A model generated the notes under the pieces. The model had not been told where the DNA came from, ran no database searches, and was given only the letters and a program-made list of their open reading frames with translations. Positions 56,045-64,000 of a stretch of DNA of 64,000 nucleotides are shown here, one piece after another. Position 1 is the first letter of the stretch. Every line of letters begins with the position of its first letter. This stretch comes from an uncultured archaeon (GTDB lineage: Archaea; Iainarchaeota; Iainarchaeia; Iainarchaeales; GCA-2688035), in the NCBI GenBank assembly GCA_964354805.1, contig CAYHBD010000010.1:4881-68880 (forward strand), in the 5' to 3' direction. The translations under genes were made by a program, and so were the position numbers.

Positions 56045-56676
56045 GTGCAAAGGCAAAAATTGCCGGGCTGTACTTTATCACAGACGGCAGGCTTAGCAAA
56101 CAGGGCATTTTTGCTGATGTGCGACAGGTTATAGCAGCAGGCTGCAGCATTGTGCAGTACAGGGAAAAAGAGAAGGAAACAGGTGAAATGGTTGCAGAGG
56201 CAAAGCAGATTGCTGCCCTGTGCAAAAAGAACAAAATTTTGTTTTTAATTAATGACAGGATTGATGTTGCTTTGGCTGTTGATGCTGATGGCGTTCATTT
56301 GGGTCAGCAGGATATGCCTGTTGTAATTGCAAGGAAACTGCTTGGGAAAAATAAAACCATTGGCTTAACAGTGCACAGTGTTGAAGAAGCAGCGCAAGCG
56401 CAAAATCAGGGTGTTGACTATGTAAGTGTTTCCCCGATTTTTTCTACAGCAACAAAGCAGGATGCAGGAAAGCCTGTCGGCATTGAATTGATTAAAGAGA
56501 TTAAAAGAGCGGTGAAAGTGCCTGTTGTTGCAATAGGCGGCATTAATGAGCAGAATGTGCAGCAGGTTTTGCAGACAGGCGCTGACAGTGTTGCAATAAT
56601 TTCAGCAATTGTATGCGCTGGCAATGCTGCAGAAGCAGCAAGAAGGATTATTAAAAAAATAAGTGAATTTGAATGA
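56041..56676 (+). CDS. thiE: Thiamine-phosphate synthase
   Basis: QYREK, INDRID, GVHLGQQD, TATK, AIGGI. Confidence 0.96.
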   Translation: MSAKAKIAGLYFITDGRLSKQGIFADVRQVIAAGCSIVQYREKEKETGEMVAEAKQIAALCKKNKILFLINDRIDVALAVDADGVHLGQQDMPVVIARKLLGKNKTIGLTVHSVEEAAQAQNQGVDYVSVSPIFSTATKQDAGKPVGIELIKEIKRAVKVPVVAIGGINEQNVQQVLQTGADSVAIISAIVCAGNAAEAARRIIKKISEFE

Positions 56677-57917
56677 CAACACAATTGGAATTTGCAAAGG
56701 CAGGAAAGACGACAAGGGAAATGCAGCAAGCTGCAAAAAGCGAGCCTGTTAATGCAAGGCAGCTGCAAAAGCTGATTGCGACAGGAAAAGCTGTTCTGCC
56801 AGCAAACAGCAGGCACCGCAACCTTAAGCCTATCGCAATCGGCAGCGCCCTGCGCACAAAAGTGAATGCGAACATTGGCACTTCGCCGCTTAAGGCAAGC
56901 TTGCGAGAGGAATTGCAGAAAATGCGGGTTGCTGTTGCTGCAGGCGCTGATGCAGTAATGGATTTGAGCATTGGCGGAAACATTGATGCAATAAGAAAAG
57001 CAATTCTGCGCAAAGCGACTGTTCCAATTGGAACAGTTCCAATTTACCAGGCGTTTGTTGGAAAGAATCTGAGTGCTGTAAGCGAAGATGATATGTTCGA
57101 TGCAATTGAAAAGCACTGCAATGACGGAGTTGATTTCATTACTGTTCACAGCGGAGTGACAAGAAAAGCGATTCCGCTCGTGCGCAAAAGGCTTACCGGA
57201 GTTGTAAGCAGGGGCGGCTCGCTGCTTTTGAGGTGGATGCAGTACAATGCCCTGGAAAACCCGCTTTACAAAAACTTTGATTATGTTCTGGAAATTGCAA
57301 AAAAGAATGATGTAACTCTCAGTCTGGGCGATGGATTGAGGCCAGGCTGCCTGCATGACGCAACCGACAGGGCGCAATTGCAGGAGCTGAGGCTGCTCGG
57401 CAGCCTTGCGAAGAGGGCAAAAGCAAAGGGAGTGCAGGCAATGATCGAAGGACCAGGGCATGTTCCATTGAATCAGATTGAACGAAATGTGAAGATGCAG
57501 CAGCGCCTGTGCAATAACGCGCCTTTTTATGTTCTCGGTCCTATTGTTACAGACATTGCGCCGGGCTATGACCATATCACAAGCGCAATTGGAGGCGCAT
57601 TAGCAGCATACTATGGCGCTTCTTTCATTTGCTATGTTACGCCAAGCGAGCACTTGAGCTTGCCAAACGCGCAAGATGTGCGAGATGGCGTCATTGCAGC
57701 AAGGATTGCAGGGCATGCTGCTGATATTGCAAAGGGCTTGAAGGGGGCACAGCATTGGGATAATGAAATGTCTTTTTACAGGAAGAAACTGGATTGGGAA
57801 AAAATGTTTCAATTGGCAATCGATAAAGAGAAAGCAATTGCTTACAGGAAGAGGTCAAAGATAAAGGGAAAGGAATGCACAATGTGCGGTGAATTTTGTG
57901 CAATGAAGGGGATGTGA
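56673..57917 (+). CDS. thiC: Phosphomethylpyrimidine synthase
   Basis: KVNANIGTS, EGPGHVP, CTMCGEFC. Confidence 0.97.
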   Translation: MTTQLEFAKAGKTTREMQQAAKSEPVNARQLQKLIATGKAVLPANSRHRNLKPIAIGSALRTKVNANIGTSPLKASLREELQKMRVAVAAGADAVMDLSIGGNIDAIRKAILRKATVPIGTVPIYQAFVGKNLSAVSEDDMFDAIEKHCNDGVDFITVHSGVTRKAIPLVRKRLTGVVSRGGSLLLRWMQYNALENPLYKNFDYVLEIAKKNDVTLSLGDGLRPGCLHDATDRAQLQELRLLGSLAKRAKAKGVQAMIEGPGHVPLNQIERNVKMQQRLCNNAPFYVLGPIVTDIAPGYDHITSAIGGALAAYYGASFICYVTPSEHLSLPNAQDVRDGVIAARIAGHAADIAKGLKGAQHWDNEMSFYRKKLDWEKMFQLAIDKEKAIAYRKRSKIKGKECTMCGEFCAMKGM

Positions 57918-57953
57918 AAATTTGGGCAGAAAATGCAAAAGAGGGCAATGAAA

Positions 57954-58892
57954 ATGCAGCTGAAGGAAATCGGCGAAATGGCTTTAATCAAGAGGATTGC
58001 AAGAAAACCAAAGCACAAGGAAGTGCTGGTTGGAATTGGCGATGATGCCGCTGTTGTAAGGTTTGGCGGAAAGCGGCTGGTGCTTACTGTTGACACTTTG
58101 GTGCAAGATGACCATTTTTCCCTTAAATGGTTTTCAGCAAAGCAGGTTGGAATGAAGGCAATTGAAATAAACGTTTCGGACATCGGCGCAATGAACTCTG
58201 TCCCATTGTATGCCCTGGTTTCACTCTGCCTGCGGAAAGATACCCCGCTTGCGTTTGTTGACGGCTTGTATGAAGGGATTTACAGCGCTGCGCGAAAATA
58301 TAAAGTTGATATAATTGGCGGAAACATGGCTCATGGAACCCAGATAGTGGTTGATATAATGCTGGTTGGGGAGGCAAAGGGAAAAATTCCCTTGCGAAGC
58401 AATGCAAAACCAGGTGATTTGATTATCGCAAGCGGAACTCTTGGGGCATCAACAGCAGGCCTGAACCTGTTTTTGAAAAAAATAAAGGGATTCAATGCTG
58501 TGAAGAAAAAGCACTTGGAACCAAAAGCCCAGCTGCGCAAAGCATATGCCATTGCAAAATACGCTAACGCGATGGAAGACTGCAGCGATGGCCTGGCAAG
58601 CGAGGTCAGAAACATATGCAATGCAAGCAAATGCGGTGCGGTAATTGAATGGGAGAAAGTGCCTGTTTCAAGGGAAACAGAAAAAGCTGCAAAAGCGCTT
58701 GGAAAAGAGGCAAAAGACTTTGCCCTCTTCGGCGGCGAAGACTTTGAATTGATTGCAACAGTGCCGCGCAGGTTTGCGAAAAAAGTTCCTGGCTTTGTTG
58801 TTGGCGAAATAATTGGAGAAAGGAAAATTTACCTGAAAAAAGGCGGAATTAAGAGAGAATTAAAAAAGGCGGGCTTTGACCACTTTGCTTAG
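57954..58892 (+). CDS. thiL: Thiamine-monophosphate kinase
   Basis: GIGDDAA, NVSDIGAM, DCSDGL, GGEDFEL. Confidence 0.95.
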   Translation: MQLKEIGEMALIKRIARKPKHKEVLVGIGDDAAVVRFGGKRLVLTVDTLVQDDHFSLKWFSAKQVGMKAIEINVSDIGAMNSVPLYALVSLCLRKDTPLAFVDGLYEGIYSAARKYKVDIIGGNMAHGTQIVVDIMLVGEAKGKIPLRSNAKPGDLIIASGTLGASTAGLNLFLKKIKGFNAVKKKHLEPKAQLRKAYAIAKYANAMEDCSDGLASEVRNICNASKCGAVIEWEKVPVSRETEKAAKALGKEAKDFALFGGEDFELIATVPRRFAKKVPGFVVGEIIGERKIYLKKGGIKRELKKAGFDHFA

Positions 58893-58904
58893 AACAAGCC
58901 GATT

Positions 58905-59063
58905 TTACGCCTTCTTTACCTTGTGCTTCAGCCTGAGTGCTTTGCTTCCGCACTTTCTGCATTTTCTCGGCTTTCCCGTGCCGCTCCTGTTCTTTGCATT
59001 GCACCGCATGCAAACCCACTGGTTCTTGAACAGCCTTGCATCAGCTTCCTCAACCCTTGCCAT
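58905..59063 (-). CDS. rpl40e: 50S ribosomal protein L40e (52 aa, not in ORF track)
   Basis: [25 protein letters not shown]...[12 protein letters not shown]. Confidence 0.92.
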   Translation of the reverse strand: MARVEEADARLFKNQWVCMRCNAKNRSGTGKPRKCRKCGSKALRLKHKVKKA

Positions 59064-59176
59064 AAAAAACACCTAATGCCCAGAAATCGATTTAAATTCG
59101 AAACAGGCTCAATTAATCTTATAAACAAGAAACTATTTAAATATTAGAGATTAAAACAATAACAGGAGGCTACAAG

Positions 59177-59359
59177 ATGGGCAGTGCAAGAAAAAGCATG
59201 GCAAATAAGATTGGCTGCGCAGGACGAATGGGCCATCCTACCGTTATGCATACTGGGTCAAAAAGGGGATCGCCGATAACAACTGTAAGTACTTTTCGTA
59301 AGATAAAAGCAATGGCAAAGAGAAGAAGAAATAGGGCTCGAAGAAAGGAAACTAAGTAG
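59177..59359 (+). CDS. Small basic orphan protein
   Basis: GGAGG RBS, TATA upstream, Arg/Lys-rich. Confidence 0.55.
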   Translation: MGSARKSMANKIGCAGRMGHPTVMHTGSKRGSPITTVSTFRKIKAMAKRRRNRARRKETK

Positions 59360-59416
59360 CAGTAGCCAATTAAATAAGTTGCTTTTCAATATTTTTTAAC
59401 AAGAAACCAATTTCTT

Positions 59417-59569
59417 GCCCCGATAGTGTAGCCCGGCTAAGCACACGGGCCTTTCAACACAGCTTTTCTTTTAGAAAAAGAAAAGCTGTATCAAAAGAAA
59501 ACAGCTTCGCATGAAAAAGCTGTAGCATGAAGAAAGCCTGTAACCCGGGTTCAAATCCCGGTCGGGGCA
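59417..59569 (+). tRNA. tRNA-Glu(TTC) with 78-nt intron at 37/38 (59457-59534)
   Basis: GCCCCGA/TCGGGGC acceptor, CGGGC/GCCTG stem, CUUU/GAAG central helix, GTTCAAATC. Confidence 0.92.
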
Positions 59570-60532
59570 TTATTTTTTATCTTCCGCAAAAAGGCTGCTG
59601 ATGCTCTCGTTGTTGTGGATTCTTTTTATTGCTTCGGCAAGCAAATCGCTTACATCCATTACCTCGAGCTTTTTGCTCTTGTTCTTTTCCTGCGGAATGC
59701 TGTTGCTCACAATCACTTTGTCTATTTCGCTTTCCTCAATTCTCTGCAATGCGTTTCCTGAGAAAATGCCGTGGGTGGCGCATACTGTCGCGCTTGTTGC
59801 ACCCGCTTTTTTCACAGCCTCTGCTGCAGCGCAGATTGTGCCTCCTGTGTCAATCATGTCCTCAAACATAATGCAGTCCTTTCCCTCAACATCTCCGATT
59901 AAGTGCGCTGCTTCCGCAACGCCCGGCTTTGGCCTTCTCTTATTAACAATTGCCAGATCAATGCCAAGCAGCCTCGCAGCCTTTGTTGCTTTCTTCGCGC
60001 TGCCTGCATCAGGCGCGAGGATAATTGGGTTCTTGAATTTCTTTTCTTTAACAAGCTTAATGAACTTTGGCTGGGCTGTAAGGAAATCAACCGGAATGTT
60101 GAAAAAGCCCTGAATCTGCTCCGAGTGCAAATCCAGCGCAATTACCCTGTCTGCACCTGCTTTTGTAAGCAAATCGGCAACCAATTTTGCTGTAATCGGT
60201 TCCCTGCTTGCAGCCTTCCAATCCTGCCGCGCATAGGCATAGTGTGCAATAACAGGAGTTACCCTTGCAGCTGAAGCCCTTTTCGCTGCATCAAGCATTA
60301 TAAGCAATTCCATCAGGCAGTCGTTAATTTGGCCGTGCATGCTCTGGACAAGGAAAACATCTCTGCCCCTGATGTTGTCAAGAAAGCGCGCGTAGCTTTC
60401 TCCGTTGTTGAATTTCTTTAAATCAATTGCGCCAAGCTGCATGCCAAGGTATTTTGCTATTGCGCCTGCAAGTGCAGGGTGGCTGCTTCCGCTGAAAATC
60501 ATTATCTCATGGTCTTTCAAACAGGGCACCAA
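59570..60532 (-). CDS. prs: Ribose-phosphate pyrophosphokinase
   Basis: YARQD, DLHSEQIQGFF, PDAG, EDMIDTGGT. Confidence 0.96.
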   Translation of the reverse strand: MVPCLKDHEIMIFSGSSHPALAGAIAKYLGMQLGAIDLKKFNNGESYARFLDNIRGRDVFLVQSMHGQINDCLMELLIMLDAAKRASAARVTPVIAHYAYARQDWKAASREPITAKLVADLLTKAGADRVIALDLHSEQIQGFFNIPVDFLTAQPKFIKLVKEKKFKNPIILAPDAGSAKKATKAARLLGIDLAIVNKRRPKPGVAEAAHLIGDVEGKDCIMFEDMIDTGGTICAAAEAVKKAGATSATVCATHGIFSGNALQRIEESEIDKVIVSNSIPQEKNKSKKLEVMDVSDLLAEAIKRIHNNESISSLFAEDKK

Positions 60533-60572
60533 AAGAAAAAGAAAGGGAATTTGTTTAAAAGGATAATTGTTG

Positions 60573-60920
60573 CTAGCAGAAAAGGAAGGTGAAAGTTATT
60601 AGGAAGAAAATTAGCAGTTTTGAGCTGTGCTTTTCCAAAGCAGTTCCGGAAATGAAAACAAGCAATGGCATCTTGAACAGCATCCAAACAAACATGTTTC
60701 CCCTGGTAAAAGAGGTTTTTCCCGAGAGGGCAAAGAAATCAAACAAAGCGTACAGCATTCCCATCAAAAAAATAAAGCCAGGGAATATCTTGGCTTTCTC
60801 GCCCTTTGTTATTACAAAGTACGCAACCATTGCAAAAACCCAGTGCAGGTTGCCCAGAAACAGCTGTGTCCACCAGCCGATGTCAAAGGCAAACAACCTT
60901 GTCAAGCACTCAAAAAGCAT
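60573..60920 (-). CDS. Hypothetical membrane protein
   Basis: AGGTGA RBS; hydrophobic. Confidence 0.6.
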   Translation of the reverse strand: MLFECLTRLFAFDIGWWTQLFLGNLHWVFAMVAYFVITKGEKAKIFPGFIFLMGMLYALFDFFALSGKTSFTRGNMFVWMLFKMPLLVFISGTALEKHSSKLLIFFLITFTFLFC

Positions 60921-61037
60921 ACTTTTTCACCTGTTCACTATTAATAATTACTTTCTCCTGGGTTATTAAGCGAAAAGTGCAGTGGCTACTACTGCAAAAA
61001 CAGCAGGTTTTTATAGTAGTTTGAATACAGTTATTTT

Positions 61038-61763
61038 ATGGGCGAAGAGGAAATACTGCAGCAGATCGGGTTCAGCCCGAACGAGGCAAAGGTTTACTTG
61101 GCGCTGCTTAACTTGGGCAAGGCCGGCGCAAGGCAGCTGATTCAGAAAACAGGCTTGTATAGTGCGAATGTTTACGAGGCATTAGAGAAACTGCAAAGCA
61201 GGGGCTTTGCCGGCAGCATTGAAGAGGGAAAGAAGCGCTTCTTTCAGGCAAGCAGCCCGATGCAGTTGCTTTCGATTTTGAGGGAAAGGCAGGAGCAATT
61301 GCAGGGCGTTCTGCCAAAGCTGCTTGCTGTGCATGTCAGGCAGGTGGAAAACCAGGAGGCAACAGTGCTGAGGGGCAAAGAGGGATACAGGGCATTGTTG
61401 GAGGATATTCTTGCTGAGAGAAAGGATTACTATGTTTTGGGCGGTGTTGGAAAAAGCTTCCAGCTTTTGCCTGTTTTTATGCCGAAATTCATGCAGGAAA
61501 GGGCTAGGCAAAGGATTTGGAGAACCCTTCTTTTCAATGAGTTTGCAAGGGGCAGTGAGCAGGCAAAGAAAAGGCCTTACAGTAGGATTCGCTTTCTTCC
61601 GCCAGAGATGATAAGCCCTGCAACAATTTTTATTTACGGTGAAAAAACAGCGATTGGCATTATTGAAGAGGATAATAGCTTTATGCTGCTGGTGAAAAAC
61701 AGGCGGGTTGCTGAAAGCTTCATGGCTTACTTCAAGGCATTGTGGGAAATCGCGAAGGAATAG
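61038..61763 (+). CDS. TrmB-family transcriptional regulator
   Basis: GFSPNEAKVYLALL, VYEALEKL...GF, FKALW. Confidence 0.92.
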   Translation: MGEEEILQQIGFSPNEAKVYLALLNLGKAGARQLIQKTGLYSANVYEALEKLQSRGFAGSIEEGKKRFFQASSPMQLLSILRERQEQLQGVLPKLLAVHVRQVENQEATVLRGKEGYRALLEDILAERKDYYVLGGVGKSFQLLPVFMPKFMQERARQRIWRTLLFNEFARGSEQAKKRPYSRIRFLPPEMISPATIFIYGEKTAIGIIEEDNSFMLLVKNRRVAESFMAYFKALWEIAKE

Positions 61764-61857
61764 CTGCCAAATAGCTTTATAAAAATTTGTCTTTTCCAAT
61801 TAATCATATACCTGGGTTTTTTTCTTGTTTTTTGGTTTGGGCGAGGTGAGCAAAAGT

Positions 61858-63132
61858 ATGGCAATTGAAATTAGAAAGGTTGGGGCAAGGCAGGTTTGGG
61901 ATTCGAGGGGCATTCCGACAATTGAATGCGATCTGGTTACTGAAAAAGGCTGTTTTAGAGGTATGGTGCCTAGCGGGACAAGCGCAGGCGAGCATGAGGC
62001 TTTGGAGCTGAGGGATGGCGGGAAAAAATTCAAGGGAAAAGGGGTTGATAAGGCAGTAAGGAATGTTAATCAGCCTATTGCAAAGGCAATTGCCGGAAAA
62101 CGCTTCAATGATTTAAGGGAATTGGACAAGCGGTTGATTGAATTGGATGCAACCGAGAATAAAAGCAGCCTTGGTGCAAACGCTATTTTGAGCGTTTCAA
62201 TTGCAGGGTGCAGGGCTTTTGCTGCCCAGCAGCAGGCTGAATTGTTTGAATACATTGCCAGCATATCCGATGGCGGGAAACTGGCGCTGCCCATTCCGCA
62301 GATTGTTGTTATTGAGGGCGGAAAGCATGCGCATAAATCAACTGATTTGCAGGAGTTCATGGTTGTTCCGCATGGATTCAAGTACTTTAGGGAAGCGCTT
62401 GAGGCAGGGGTTTCTGTTTACCATTCGATAAAGGAAGAATTGAAAGAGCAGGGCTTCCATACAAATGTGGGGAAGGAGGGGGCTTTTGCGCCAACCTTGA
62501 GCAAAAACGAGAAGGCATTTGATTTGATGATTAAGGGGATTGAGGAAGCTGGGTATGCGCCTAAAAAGGAAGTGTCACTTGCGCTTGATTCAGCTGCTTC
62601 CGAGTTCTACAGCAACGGCCAGTATATGCTGAAAACAGAGAACAAAAACCTTTCGGGCAGCGAAATGGTTGACTATTACGCAAGGGTGGTTGAATCATAC
62701 CCGATTGCTTCAATTGAAGACGGCATGGATGAAAACGACTGGCAGGGATGGAGCGAACTGACAAAAAGAATCGGTAAAAAAGTCATGGTAATCGGCGATG
62801 ACCTTACAGTGACAAACACAAAGAGAATCCAGAAAGCGATTGCGGAGAAGGCAATCAACTCAGTCCTTATTAAAATAAACCAGATTGGCTCGATAAGCGA
62901 AACAATTGACGCAATGAACCTTTGCAAGAAAGCAGGCTTCTCTTCGGTTGTATCGCACAGGAGCGGCGAAACAGAGGACACATTCATTGCTGATTTGGTT
63001 GTAGGGTCGGGCAATGGCTGGTGCAAATTCGGCGCGCCAGCGAGAAGCGAAAGAACATCAAAATACAACCAATTGCTGAGAATAGAGGAAGCATTAGGCG
63101 AAAAGGCTGCTTTCGCTGGAAAAAATTACTGA
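61858..63132 (+). CDS. eno: Enolase
   Basis: DSRGIPT, PSGTSAG, GDDLTVTN, SHRSGET, KYNQLLRIEE. Confidence 0.97.
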   Translation: MAIEIRKVGARQVWDSRGIPTIECDLVTEKGCFRGMVPSGTSAGEHEALELRDGGKKFKGKGVDKAVRNVNQPIAKAIAGKRFNDLRELDKRLIELDATENKSSLGANAILSVSIAGCRAFAAQQQAELFEYIASISDGGKLALPIPQIVVIEGGKHAHKSTDLQEFMVVPHGFKYFREALEAGVSVYHSIKEELKEQGFHTNVGKEGAFAPTLSKNEKAFDLMIKGIEEAGYAPKKEVSLALDSAASEFYSNGQYMLKTENKNLSGSEMVDYYARVVESYPIASIEDGMDENDWQGWSELTKRIGKKVMVIGDDLTVTNTKRIQKAIAEKAINSVLIKINQIGSISETIDAMNLCKKAGFSSVVSHRSGETEDTFIADLVVGSGNGWCKFGAPARSERTSKYNQLLRIEEALGEKAAFAGKNY

Positions 63133-63746
63133 AAATCCCTTTCCAATTGCAACCTTTTCATAGAAATAGATTCTTTTTTGCTTCGCAACCCGGCTTTTGC
63201 ATATAACAGCTCTGCTGTCATGTAAAGGTTTGAAACAGTTCCCACAAAGGCATCTCTCTTTTTCCGTTTTTTTATTCTTCGAACTTTTCCATTAAATTCT
63301 ATTGCCTTTGATTCAAAAAATTGAGCAACAACACCGCACTCCTTTTTCGGTATCTTTTTAGGCAATTCTAAAAATGTATCAACAAAATCCCATTTTTTGC
63401 CACTTCGCAGCAAAGACTCGGCTCTACTAATATAGCCTTTTGTCCTTGCGCTTAATTGAATCTTTTTTGGCTTTATGGCACTTGGTTTTGGCTCAAGAAT
63501 AATTTTTTGCCTTGCAGCATCAATTACCGCAAATGGTTCAGGGTTTCTTGCTTTTGCAGCCCTGTTCAAAAGAGAAGTAAGCGCATACATTCTTTGCCTC
63601 GTGCCTTTACCTTTAGTAAAATAAAGAGCAGCTGCAATAGCTTCTCTGGCTTGCCCAACTGTTTCAATCGGCGCAAGATTTGCCCCAAAGGAAGGAACAG
63701 GCCTTTTCTTCTTTCCCCTAAAAGAAGGCAAAATATTTTTGACCAT
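63126..63746 (-). CDS. Basic orphan protein
   Basis: MVKNILPSFRGKKKRP N-terminus. Confidence 0.6.
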   Translation of the reverse strand: MVKNILPSFRGKKKRPVPSFGANLAPIETVGQAREAIAAALYFTKGKGTRQRMYALTSLLNRAAKARNPEPFAVIDAARQKIILEPKPSAIKPKKIQLSARTKGYISRAESLLRSGKKWDFVDTFLELPKKIPKKECGVVAQFFESKAIEFNGKVRRIKKRKKRDAFVGTVSNLYMTAELLYAKAGLRSKKESISMKRLQLERDFQ

Positions 63747-63904
63747 AGCGCACCAAAATAAATTGGTTTCAGCCAGTATTTAATCATTTCCCTATCGCAT
63801 TCCTGCCCCAAAAGGCAATAATGGGCAAGGCAGGAATTGCCTTAAATTAACTGTATTCAGTGAAACAGTTAGGTTTATATATAACTTCGGCAGCAATTAT
63901 TATT

Positions 63905-64000
63905 ATGAAGGCAGCTTGGTTTTTTGGGCTTGCTTTAATGTTCTTTCTAGCTTCTAATGCAAGCGCCTGCGGTTATGGATATGGCTGCACAGGCAGCTAT
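63905..64000 (+). CDS. Secreted protein, N-terminal part (truncated by window edge)
   Basis: MKAAWFFGLALMFFLASNASA signal peptide after a TTTATATA box. Confidence 0.6.
   Translation, partial: MKAAWFFGLALMFFLASNASACGYGYGCTGSY

Overview
This is an archaeal chromosome segment, most consistent with a DPANN lineage such as Iainarchaeota/Diapherotrites (inference from gene content). Archaeal markers include TyrRS, FEN1, aMBF1, L40e, RibL, DGGGPS and tRNAs with bulge-helix-bulge (BHB) introns. Housekeeping content covers purine (purL/purQ/purA/guaB/prs), thiamine (thiM-thiE-thiC-thiL), ECF transport, a copper-export locus, ftsZ and enolase. Main points of interest: (1) a ~10.9-kb element integrated at the 3' end of an intron-containing tRNA-Ser(GCT), bounded by an 11-bp att repeat (16019-16029 / 26901-26911). 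It has a satellite-like layout: integrase, divergent regulators, Sm-like protein, AEP primase, helicase with internal iteron-like repeats, its own histone-fold protein, a P-loop ATPase and a two-TM protein with a class III-like leader, but no recognisable head-tail genes. (2) Two nested families of short hairpin repeats that build intergenic mosaics, the ftsZ leader and the 5' ends of tRNA introns. (3) A sigma-70-like protein and about nine orphans with very basic N-termini, two of them bracketed by duplications of neighbouring gene ends. (4) A 1963-aa surface protein with a zincin motif and a C39-like domain carrying Ser in place of Cys. All calls come from reading motifs by eye; no database searches were run.
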